From Strigamia acuminata (taxonomy: Eukaryota): DNA of 64,000 nucleotides. Numbering within the stretch: position 1 is the stretch's first letter; each line of letters opens with the position of its first letter. The notes under the pieces were generated by a model. The model saw only the letters and a program-made list of their open reading frames with translations. It searched no databases and was not told the origin of the DNA. The position numbers and the translations under genes were made by a program. The stretch is taken from assembly GCA_949358305.1 (NCBI GenBank), contig OX442314.1:22692001-22756000 (forward strand). Direction: 5' to 3'. Of the stretch, positions 53,261-64,000 are shown piece after piece.

Positions 53261-55489
53261 TTTGCCTGCTGGGTTTTGTTACTTCATTTAAGAGTTTTTT
53301 TTTATTATATACATAATTTGTTAAATTATTAATAACTTTTAATAAAAATCTGCACACGCTCCATCAACTAAAAAACTAAAAACCACCTACACATGAAAGC
53401 TAATACATTATTCAACATATTTGTAACAATACACAGTACTTTTTCAACTAAGTGCTTAGTATGTATACATGAATAATAAAACTAATATTAGCTTTTAAAC
53501 CTAAAAATTTTGATCTATTTTAATAAATTATAAACAAATAAGCAGGTCACATCATCAGACTGTTGTCAACTGATAATACTACACGACGAAGTCGCTTATC
53601 CTACAGGACAACCTAAACATTAAATATGCAAATTTTTTTTATTTCTAAACCACCCTCCCCTCTGTAACACGGTCGTAACAAACTACCAAAAACCACCTCC
53701 CTCCAAGAAAATTACGTGATAAAATTGAACCCCCTTCAATAAACAAAAGATAAATTATTTGTTTATTATCCATTACTACTCAATTAATCTTCTTTTTTTT
53801 TGTTTAAATTAATGACACTTTATGTTCATCCTGTAAGATAAAGTAAACGATTGCTTTAGACACGATTACACCGTATTCCATTTGCGTTCTACTCTGTTCA
53901 ACCACAACTTCATTGTAATCTGATGATGCAATTAATTTATCTCAAAGTAAATGAAATTTCAGCCTCGTCCTCATGACCCACTGATTTTAGACTAAAAGTA
54001 CTCATTAATTTATCATTGGCAACGCTCCAGCTGAACAAAAAAAGCATAAGTTTTTACATTAATTCAAAGACAATGATTCGTTAATACAACTTTTTTTCCC
54101 GTCAACCCCAGTAAATTTCCAATGTAATTTAATATCACAATCATCATAAAAGTGCTCAAAATTGACTTTTATCAATTCCGATTTTTATTTTACAAGAAAA
54201 AAAAATTTTCTCTTTTTTATACGTTACACTTTTTTCTTAATTGGAGCAATTTTCTCGACCAAACCCAGTGCCCCCTTGTGAGTAAGACCAGTCTTATTAT
54301 TCAATCCCGTGCCAATTTTTTTTGTTATTATTTTTTTTTCCACCAAGCTAACGTGTTGTATAATGTGAAAAATTGGCTGCCGTTCAAAAAATCAAAATGG
54401 CTCCCTTGTGATTTGTAACCAACTAAATAGATGAGAAACTGTATGGGGCGCCAAGTGCAACACCCAAGAGTCGGCGCGCTTCAACTTCAAATTAGTAAAC
54501 GCCCCCAACAGAGACAAATTAAAAGATCAACCGACTTTTTCTTGCTTTCCATTTCATTTATTAATCCTCAAGAAAACCATCAAATCAAAAAAATTTACCT
54601 TTTCTCACATGTCACACACGCCAACAATAGTTGCGCTCAAAATGGTTAAGAAAAGTGCAATTAAATGCATTTATTTCGTACAGTGACTGCCTGGCAAATA
54701 GCAGTTGTGTTTTTCTTGATTCATTTAACTTTTCTCTCTTCTTTAGCCCGCACAAGCTGCACTATTAAAAAAGATAATTTGTTCTTTTGTCTCCGAAAAT
54801 GCGCACTTTCTTACCACCAGCACCAGCAAAATTCCTTGATATTATACACACAGATTAGGCGATAAAGAAATTAGCTTACAGATTAATTTGCATGGCATCA
54901 ACAACATCCCATATTATGTTGTTGTTTACAATTTGTTCTCGCCGCAACTCATCACTTTGGAGTTCTGCATCAAAACTCTTTTACGCAGCAATCTACAGCG
55001 TTTGTCCATCTTCTTATCAAAAATTCAATTTATATCTATATATTATTCATTTTAATTAACTAATGAAAAACTGCCTTTCTCATGCAAATAAAGACCACTT
55101 TTTTCCCATGTAAGTTTGCTTTAACTGTGATCCCTTCCAGCTTTAATCCTCATTTCTCATGTTAATTGTGTCCATTATTCAAGGACCCATCAGTGATCCT
55201 CTCATCTCCCACCCCAGCAACAGGGTGGTCGACGAGAAAGATGGTTTCTTCCAACCACACACAAACATAGCTTTTCCATTAAGAGACCCAGGCAAAAAGA
55301 AGAATGGAGGATCAAAGCAAAGCACGCTTGTGCACAAACACCACAGTCCCTTGCCCCATCTTCATGACAGCCATGAAATGACATACTTCGTTAGACCCCT
55401 CTACAACTTGATTGGCACATTGTTGCGCCTTTTGTTTCAATCTCTTATTCTTATCAACTTCCAAGAAAATAAATTAACAATAATACAAC

Positions 55490-55920
55490 AACTGCAAAAC
55501 AATGCAAAATATCAAAATATAACTGCAAAACAATGCAAACACCAATATATAACTGCAAAACAATGAAAAACACCAAAATAGAACTGCATAACAATGAAAA
55601 ACACGAAAATATAACTGCAAAACAATGAAAAACACCAAAATATAACAGCAAAACAATGAAAAACACCAAAATATAACTGCAAAACAATGAAAAACACCAA
55701 AATAGAATTGCAAAGCACCAAAATAGAATTGCAGCACACCAAAATAGAATTTCAAAACACCAAAATAGAATTGCAAAGCACCAAAATAGAATTGCAAAGC
55801 ACCAAAATAGAATTGCAAAGCACCAAAATAGAATTGCAAAGCACCAAAAAAAAATCGCAAAACACCAAAAAAGAATTGCAAAACACCAAAAAAGAATTGC
55901 AAAACAATGCTAAACACTAA
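55490..55920 (+). repeat. Compound minisatellite: about seven 31-bp units then about nine 21-bp units
   Basis: 31-mer AAAACAATGAAAAACACCAAAATATAACTGC (55490-55711) followed by 21-mer AAAGCACCAAAATAGAATTGC (55712-55900). Confidence 0.95.
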
Positions 55921-57139
55921 ACAATAGTCGTGAAAAACAATTTTGAATCCTTCGAGTCATTTATTTCTCGTTTACTTGCATCAGAAAGTAAAATTAAGAC
56001 TCAAGTGCGCTTTGATCTTTAGGTTAACACAGCACCCAATCAAACATGACCAACTATTTACACACATCTTAAAAATAGAAGCCACAATTACAAATTTAAT
56101 CCCGGGTATTAAGCAGTCTGAATTGCTGGTGACAAGCGCGAGTTTAAATATACAATTTAAACGATATGAAACCATCAAGCCTGTATATCTAATCATTTTG
56201 GACCTGTCACATGCACGTAAGCCACACGTGGTATAATTTAAGTGTTCTAATTGCAAGTTACAAGAGTCATTAAATTTAAAGTTGATCACAAACCAGAATG
56301 AAAACACTCGCTTACCAACATAGAGGCTCAACCAACCGTAATTTCGAGGATATATTGATTCACTACCCCACATATTTCCGCTTTCGCTTCCTTCTCATAT
56401 ACGATTCAATACATTTCTTTCTGTAATTCTGCGAGATGAAATTGTTTTTCCAAGTATAAGCTCGAGATAAAACTCCTCTCTTCATAAAACTGCATCCTGC
56501 AATTTCTCTAGCCCCATATTCTTTAAACCACTTCCACACCTTCCTTGTATCCTCTCCTTCTTCAATAAAACCTCATCTCATCAAAACGAAATTAACTTCT
56601 TTATGCAAACCTCTAAGCAAATTACACACTAATAAACAAGCCTCAATGAAGGACGCCAATTTAACACCTCACATTATACTCTACTAAGACCTAACTTTTC
56701 GACCAATTTATCACATCATCAATCTCTACTTGCGAGCACCATTCCTTGACAGTACTAATTAAATTTTGCAAGACTACAACATGATTAAAAATTTCAAACC
56801 AACGTCAATAGGTACAAGATTGGTACAAGAAAAATTCAACATTGTAATAGCTACACTTGACAAGAAAAGCACGCGGCAAATGTTTAGTTTCCTGCTTTCT
56901 CTTTCCTTTAAACCGAGAAAAAGAAAGAAAAAAAATTTTTTTTCAAGCACTGAGTTTAGAAAAACTGGTGACAAACTCCCATTGGCTATTGACCTGTGTG
57001 CAACCATAACCTTATGGTCCATTGTACAATGCTGTGGAAACAATATTTCACCAAAACAACACTACTGACATTTTTAGTCGGCTTATAATTTCAAAAACCT
57101 GTTCGGTTTAGTAAATTAATTTAAAATTTTTTTATTGTA

Positions 57140-57469
57140 CCGGTACGAAAAACACCAGAATAGCGATGCTCGTGAATTTCCCATCATAATAGCGACGCTG
57201 GAAATATACTCTTGTTGAACTCAAAAAGGCCCCCAAATTCCATTGGTCGAGCCTCATTACTACGAACTCCAGACTGTATACTACCACTAGGAGAAGTAGT
57301 TTTGATTTTTATTTATTTTTGTGATTGTTATGACCATTTAAATTAATATAATTTTGATATAATTTTGAATATAATTCTAGAATTGATAACAAGAATGAAC
57401 CTCAGCGTATAGTAGCTCTTTTGAGTGTCGCTATTTCAGCGTCGCTATTATTACCCTTCATCGTACCGG
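57140..57469. mobile_element. TA-flanked TIR element with a nested TATACTC-family MITE (about 57204-57412)
   Basis: TA|CCGGTACGA ... TCGTACCGG|TA; internal inverted pair TAATAGCGACGCTG / CAGCGTCGCTATTA; nested part shares TATACTCTTGTT and ACTAGGAGAAGTAGTT with 39277-39502. Confidence 0.7.
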
Positions 57470-59344
57470 TATACATAATTTATGATAACTTTTTAATAAC
57501 TTAATAAAAATTCTGCGCATTCTGAGTGGATAACTTCTAGTATGAATAATATTAATTTTTCAAGCACACTTTGCTGTGATTTGTACTTGAAAATATTTCA
57601 TTGTTGAACTGCGTAATTGTAAATTCAATAAAAAAATCCCCAAGAAAATTTAAATGGTTCATAATAAACAGTGACGATCGTTTATTTGAAAAGACATCGG
57701 CCTTAATCTTTACTAACTGAGGAGCAACGACCGCAATAAAAGCCAATTTCCGTCCAAATGTATTGTCATCACTTTTCATTAATCTCACCTACCATTCACC
57801 AGCCTACCCACTTACCTCACAACTTTCTGAATGCAGCTTCTTTAATACCTTTAAACAAAAATGTAAAACAAACAATTTTTTAAGCATCTCTTTGAGGCCA
57901 ATAAGAAAGCATAATAAAGGGACACCTGAATACACTAACTTACAGTACTATTCATCAATTACCTCATGAATGAAAGAAACTTCCCAATCACTACTGCTTC
58001 CTTTATGAACACTGATTTGCATTCCTTTATTTGCCCGTTTCCTAGATATTTGCTGACAAAGTGCTGTGTTTGACTGTTTGTCTTAAGCTTTCCAAAACAG
58101 TTTATTGCCCAAAAAACAGTCAAATTATCACAAGGTGCATTTAATCTGCATCCTCAAAGATAAATTCCTTCTCCTTTCTGCCTGATGCGTCTTTCGGCTG
58201 CCGGATGTGACATATTTTACGTCGGTTTAAGTATATTTTAGTGTTGACATAAAAATGTCATATCCACCAACCAAGAGGTAGACGAGGCACAAAAAGAGAA
58301 AGTTTCAAACGGGATTAGCCTTCTTTAAAGCAACACTTGACCTAAAGTTTTATTTTGTCAAAGAAACAGTAGCTTCTAGCTTCATGGTATTTAAATTGTC
58401 TTGTATAACTTCAAAAATGGCGAAAGATTTAGTCTGCTTTCGGTCTCACTGGGCGTGCGTACAAAATGTAAACAACAAACCATGTTTAAATGAAATAGAC
58501 GATTGGAAAAATTATGACATAATGCAGTTTGGCTGTGCACACAATAAGAAAACTACAAATTAACAATGCTATAATGTTATTTTGCAATGGTTTTTCTCAT
58601 AGAGGATGTGCAACCATTGTTACGATCACATAATCATATCACCTGACTTCATTTTTCCAAAGATTTATTTTACATATGCTTTTCGAATGCAGCTAGTATT
58701 TGAATAAGTCAAGGATATTGCATTGTATCCAAATTATAACTAAAACAATACCAGAGACGACGTGTTTAGTTATCAAAATAATCAGTTGCAACCCAAATTA
58801 AGTGTGAGCAAGAGGTATTATTGACTCCCGTCTCGGAACAATACAGATATGACTAACGATCCAAGAACTGAAAAGGTCCAACGCTGCTTAACTGCAGAAG
58901 AGGCAATCAATCTAGAAAGTCATTCACTTTTGTTTAAAGTAACAGCAAGCAGAGCAATAAAAACATTAGACCAAGAATAGCAGTATTAAGATAGCAATTT
59001 GTTTCATCAGTAATATATACAGACACAAATCTCCTAGATTGATACTCAACACCAGCAGCAAATACCATTAATGATTGCCCAATATTGGCACAACGTAATT
59101 TTTTTTATACAAATGTTGTTTGAAACGAAAGTAAGATAAATCGAATGCTTTTGCAAACTTTCCAATTACCGGTATCTTTTTTTAAAAAAATAAAAAACAT
59201 CCTAGCAATATACCATCCCTAGATTAACGTGATGAATAAAATACTATATTCAACAACTCTGAGCTCAACTTTTCCATTACTTTGAATTATTTTCTTTTCA
59301 AAATGTTCTGAATAGATTTCAGTTATGCAGTATGTGGGATGTCG

Positions 59345-59565
59345 TACCAATGGTGAATCTCCCAATGGCAAATCAGGCCATTACTACTAATGGCAAAAAA
59401 TTTTAATTTCGGTGCAAATGCACTTCCAATGGCGAATTTGCACAAATTGCAACCAGCCATTGAAAATTTCCAATGGCGAGTGTGTGATCTCGGCATTGGA
59501 ACGTTTACGACAAACATCAGAGTGACGTTCAGCGTTGTCTGTGTATAAGCACACTTCGCCATTTG
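59345..59565. repeat. Cluster of CAATGGC(G/A)AA motifs in both orientations, likely a decayed TIR element
   Basis: At least five direct copies plus an inverted TTCGCCATT; termini not identified. Confidence 0.35.
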
Positions 59566-60673
59566 TACATGCATTCATACATCATGCAAGCCATTGTTAC
59601 TCAGAAAGTGTTTAGCAGCCTGTGTTTTAAGTGAGAGTGTAAAAACAAACTTTGAAAAATGTTCTGGGCATGCTCAGTTGCATATCCACACTTAAGTACT
59701 TAATCAGTTAAGTACTTAGATTTCTTTTCTGATTCCCCTTAGTGTGTTCTGTAAGTCTAAACTTGCAATTGGAAATATAAAAATAGTCTTCTAATGATTT
59801 TCCTAGAATTTTATTCAAGTGTGGTAAAATATTAATTAAAAATTGGCCGTTTGTATTCGTCTATTGATAATAAAATATTCCAATTATAATCTGTTTATAT
59901 GAACATAAACTTTGAAAACCCGGACATTTTCCTCGATGAAAACTTTGTCGTAGTGCCAATTTAACAAATAACAAATCTCTTAGGCAAACTTTTGTTGGAG
60001 GCACACCAATTACTTATAAGTTACATGTTAACAAGAAAAATTTGCGTGTTGACATGAATGCAAATACCGTAAAAATTCCAATAAGAACCTGCATACTTAA
60101 GACTGATTCACCTACCAGCAGGAAGCGCAGAATATAAAGGTTCAAGCCCAAAAAATACAACAAAAAGTTATTCGGATTTAACTTTGAAATTTGGAACTGC
60201 CATAAGAAGGGACAATGATTTCTTACCAACTTTATGTTGATAAAACATTCCCATTGGCTGTTAAGCAAGTAGACTTGAAGTATGATCATCAGTGTAATTG
60301 GTCCCTTTCTTGCTTGCTTGATTGCATATAAGGATATTATTACCTATCCAAGAACTGAGCAGGTCCAATGCTGAACAGGCAATCAATCTAGCGAGTCATT
60401 CACTTTTGTGAAAAGCTTTTCTTTCTTCCTAGTGGGAATCAGCCTTTATTCATTCTTTCCACTCCTAACCCAGGTAGTAATTGAAGACTAAGCAAAAAGT
60501 TTAGCCACGCAACTATTCTCCTTTCAGTAAAATGTAGTTCGAGAACGACTTCAATTCAAGGGCAACTCTTAATTGAAGTAGTGGCCGTTAGCGATATTTA
60601 CATTCCGTTTTTTCTTCATACAGCAAGATACCGTATTTCTGCAATTAGGAACCGGGAAAATATTAAATTCATC

Positions 60674-61651
60674 CGTAGCACGACACCACCGCCAATGCAT
60701 AACCGCCAAGACTTTAACCGCCAAGTCAAAACCGCCAAAACAATACCGCCAAACAATTACCGCCAAAACAATACCGCCAAACCCATTACCGCCAAAACAA
60801 TACCGCCAAACCCATTACCGCCAAACCATTACCGCCAAAACAACCGGCGCCAATGGTAACAACCGCCAATGCCCCAAAATGGCTCAAAATAACAAAAAAT
60901 GGGTCGAAATGACAAAAATTGGTCGAAAACATACAAAAACGTACGAAAACGTCCAAAAACGTAACAAAAACATACAAAAACGTACCGAAAACGTTTCATA
61001 TGTTTTGTTCCCAGCAAAAACGGCAAGCTGTTAATGTTTTATGATGGATTCACGTACCGAAAGAGTTGGAGTTTAGGCAATTCCGAATATTGGGCGGTGT
61101 GTAGAATATGACAAAACCAAATGTCGTGGAAAATGCACAGTTGTGTTTGGCGTTGTAAACATCTGTACAGGCACGCACGATCATGTCCCCAAAGCTGCGT
61201 CCACTGAGTGCAGGACGGTTAATGCAACAATTTGCGAAATTACGGCAACGCAACCTGTTGCAACAAAGCAAAAAATAATTGCTGAGGCAACAATAGGCAC
61301 TTCCGGTGCAGCGGCTGCCATGTTGCAAACCGAAATAGTTTGGATTATCTTGAAGGAATCGCCCATAGTTTTAACCTTAATCAATAAGAACTTTTGTAAA
61401 TTTGATTTGCTGTTATATTCGTTTATTTTCTGTTGTTTTTTGTTATTTTCGACAAATTTGGCCATTTCGGGTCTTTGGCGGTCATTGGCTGTTGTTACCA
61501 TTGGCGCCGGTTGTTTTGGCGGTAATAATTTGGCGGTAATGGGTTTGGCGGTATTGTTTTGGCGGTAATTGTTTGGCGGTATTGTTTTGGCGGTTTTGAC
61601 TTGGCGGTTAAAGTCTTGGCGGTTATGCATTGGCGGTGGTGTCGTGGAATC
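60674..61651 (+). mobile_element. Foldback-like Mutator/MULE (Phantom-type) non-autonomous element, 978 bp
   Basis: Perfect 9-bp TSD AAATTCATC (60665-60673 and 61652-61660); ~200-bp inverted arms built from 14-15-bp ACCGCCAA subrepeats; internal FLYWCH relic. Confidence 0.92.
61004..61330 (+). pseudogene. Frameshifted N-terminal FLYWCH zinc-finger region of a MULE transposase
   Basis: FVPSKNGKLLMFYDGFTYRKSWSLGNSEYW (61004-61093), one extra G (61094), then RCVEYDKTKCRGKCTVVFGVVNICTGTHDHVPKAASTECRTVNATICEITATQPVATKQKIIAEATIGTSGAAAAML. Fits the F..S..G...L..dG..Y ... YWRC ... C ... HxH pattern. No DDE domain present. Confidence 0.85.
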
Positions 61652-62445
61652 AAATTCATCAAATAATAGCTGCAGTTGCTATTCAAGGGTGACCACTCTT
61701 ATTAAAACGAATCTCTTGGCGACTACAATTTGAGTGCAACTCCTAATCGCGGAAATACGGTATGTTGAAGTGCATTTCCATTGTTCCGTATCTGTAAGTA
61801 CCCAATTACAGTCCACAATTGTTTAAACGTCCAGCTATTGACCTATAAAAAGCATCTGGTCTAGTTGTAGACAATACCCATTAAACACGTATGTAACAGG
61901 TGCCTATTAACAGACACAGGAAACCGGACAGGCAGCTATTAGTGTTGGTTTTTATGCTAAAGTAATGAACAGTTTTGTTTTAATGTGATCAGGTTATGGG
62001 CTCAGAAAGCAATCCACTGCATCTTTAGTTACTACTAAGTTACAACAAGCTTGGTACAAACTCATTGCTTTGTTTTAAGACTTATAAGGTTTAATGCAAT
62101 TTGAGAAGTTGGAAGAAGCTTTCAACTGTGCAATGTTAAGTAGATGGAAATGCAGCTCAGACTAGAACAGCTCTGGACACCCATAGTACTGGCAGTACCA
62201 GCAGCAAAACAACTACCAGCTGTGCCTCATGCTTAAAAGGATTCAAAAGCTTTGGGCACCATTGCATTCAGCACAAAACATCATATTTAACCGACTCGAC
62301 AAACTAGGTCCTACAGCTATGACCAACACAAGAAAAATCCATTCAAAATGGAGACTTCATATAGCATCTTACAAATAATAAAAAATATGAGATATTCTAT
62401 ACAACGAAATACCCAAGACAGACAGTATGCAATAATTAAACATCA

Positions 62446-62517
62446 GGCAACAATCTGAGATCAAGCAACAATCAGAGATCAAGCAACAATCAGAGAGCAA
62501 GCAACAATTAGAGATCA
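62446..62517 (+). repeat. 18-bp tandem repeat x4 (AAGCAACAATCAGAGATC)
   Basis: Four adjacent near-identical units. Confidence 0.9.
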
Positions 62518-62550
62518 GTTAGAGGATTCCATTCATGAAAGTGGCAAAGT

Positions 62551-62785
62551 AGCCGCGGCTCTTATACAAAACTGTCATTTTTGTCAGCAATTACAATTTC
62601 AGTTTTTCGTTTGTTACATTTGTTTAATGTAACGAACGAAGTCTGAACGTCACGAACGAAGCGTACGTTCATCGTTCGTGAAGTTAAATACGGAAACAAT
62701 ACCGCACTTTTGCAAAAAATACGGTATTCTTGGTGTCTCAGCCGCGGCTACTATTCGAGGGCGACTCTTAATCGGTAAAATACGG
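62551..62785 (-). mobile_element. Tc1/mariner-type MITE, family B, partial
   Basis: Ends CTCTTAATCGGTAAAATACGG|TA; homologous to 40817-41000 and 44633-44853. Confidence 0.85.
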
Positions 62786-63836
62786 TAATTCTTGTTTACA
62801 AAAATAGATAGCGTTGAGTGTACTGGTCTTGAATTATGTAAGTGCACACAAAAAACAATAAAACATTTCTGTCGTGCAAATATTTTGCCATCGCTCCTAC
62901 CTATCTTCTATCCAAAACAATAAGAAAACAATACAGGTTGAATTGAGGACCCTGCAAATTCCCAAACCTTTAACCAATAACGTTTGCCACTTGGCACTAT
63001 CAACTGTCCATACATCAAAGCTGTGTGTGGCACCCAAGTAATTAAATTTCAAATTTTCAAAAGGCAACCCCCATCACCATCCCTTTCCTTCCTGATCCCG
63101 TCTCCTCCCCGTTTCCCACCCCCTGTCACGTTATTGGTAAAATGATTACACAATTTTGAGAAGCATAATTACATTAATTACAGGCCGTGCATCGTTTTCG
63201 TATCATGGCACCACTCTCGGCGGGAACTTGTGCAATACTTTCAACAGATAAATCCAAAGTGCCTACACATTATGTGTCATTAAAATCGGCTTTCTCGAAG
63301 AAATGCAGTCTTACAGTCAACGCAACACTGCTAGCCGATTTGATTATTGGACAAAATTGGAACAAATTCTCCCGTTTTAAGCTAAACTAATACTTTTACC
63401 ATCAAATTATTGATCCACCATTAACTTTTTTTTCCCCCTTTTTAAATTATTAATTTCTTTTTTTCTAACAATCTGCCATTAGGAACAGCACACCAACTTG
63501 TTTGCCCTAATAAAAATTAATTAAAGTTATAATATGATTGAATAATGTCACGTCAAATAAACTCAAAGAAAAAAGTATTAAAGAAAGAGGGAGGGAGGAA
63601 GAAAAAAAAACATTCAAAAGATGATATCTTTTGATGAGGCAATCTGTTTCACGTTAAATTAATGGCGTTTTTAAATTTGCGTTTTATAAAAATTTCATAT
63701 CATGTATGCTCATTTCACAGTCGAAAAAAGAGAATCTCATACAAAATTAACATTTTGTAAAATAAAAAAAAATTTAAAATTTAAATTTAAAATAAATAGA
63801 AAAAAAAAAGGAAAAAAAAAAAATAAAAACACCTAC

Positions 63837-63961
63837 CTGGTCTGCCCGAACGTTTTCAACAGTGAAATTGAACCAAACGCGAAATCGAGGATTGCATGTG
63901 TCAGGACGGATAAATAAATCGTATTCGTAGTCGCTAATGTAATCGACACGGCCCAAATTGC
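63837..63961 (-). CDS. AGBL4: Internal coding exon (125 nt) of cytosolic carboxypeptidase 6 / AGBL4 (M14 tubulin deglutamylase, N-terminal domain)
   Basis: Acceptor ttcttttgcag|GC AAT TTG GGC and donor GAC CAG|gtaggt. Translates (G)NLGRVDYISDYEYDLFIRPDTCNPRFRVWFNFTVENVRADQ, which I recognise as close to vertebrate AGBL4 GNLGRVDQVSEFEYDLFIRPDTCNPRFRVWFNFTVENVKESQ (recalled, not searched). Confidence 0.93.
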
Positions 63962-64000
63962 CTGCAAAAGAACGATATTTACATTGAAATGTATCCGAAA

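Larger units (their letters stand above)
60631..61760. mobile_element. Tc1/mariner-type MITE (143 bp when reconstructed) split by the Mutator insertion
   Basis: TA|CCGTATTTCTGCAATTAGGA ... TCCTAATCGCGGAAATACGG|TA, TIRs 18/20 identical. Confidence 0.85.
1..63836 (-). other. AGBL4: Probable very large intron of AGBL4/CCP6, downstream of the exon at 63837-63961; runs off the left edge of the window
   Basis: Begins at the minus-strand donor GTAGGT (63836). The next expected peptide (RVIFNIVNFSKTKSLY-like) was not found by eye. Long A tracts dominate the + strand (U-rich on the sense strand). A small missed exon cannot be excluded. Confidence 0.55.

Noticed and set aside
55454..55920. Repetitive ORFs (KIELQST)n and (LQFYFGA)n as coiled-coil or membrane proteins
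   Set aside because: Direct product of a 21-bp stop-free minisatellite; no exon signals.
60569..61686. Paired ORFs such as MHNRQDFNRQVKTAKTIPP on both strands
   Set aside because: Translations of the inverted subrepeat arms; only the FLYWCH segment is credible coding relic.
63774..63836. C-terminal tail VGVFIFFFSFFFSIYFKFKF of the ORF-track AGBL4 hit
   Set aside because: Read-through past the GT donor at 63836 into intronic poly(T).
1..63836. Recursive splice sites (polypyrimidine-AG|GTRAG) in the long intron
   Set aside because: I looked by eye for CTYACCT followed by a purine tract on the + strand and found no strong case; a splice-site model scan would be needed.

Overview
AT-rich, almost entirely non-coding eukaryotic DNA, probably an invertebrate animal (the organism cannot be assigned from the sequence). 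One host coding feature is recognisable: a 125-nt minus-strand exon (63837-63961, canonical AG/GT) of the cytosolic carboxypeptidase AGBL4/CCP6. I found no downstream AGBL4 exon, so the remaining ~63.8 kb is most simply read as one very large intron. It is packed with short non-autonomous DNA transposons (Tc1/mariner-pogo type with TA flanks, hAT type with 8-bp TSDs, piggyBac type with TTAA, a possible Harbinger-like family), often nested, plus minisatellites and microsatellites. The best-resolved element is a 978-bp Foldback-like Mutator (Phantom-type) element with a 9-bp TSD and a frameshifted FLYWCH domain, inserted inside another MITE. Other observations: a dispersed element whose internal 31-bp array has expanded differently in two copies, a 19-bp palindromic insertion with a 7-bp TSD, helically phased A-tract arrays, and recurrent RFX X-box-like motifs. 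I found no CRISPR, RNA gene, operon-like system or other convincingly new biological system. Nearly all ORFs in the track are noise.
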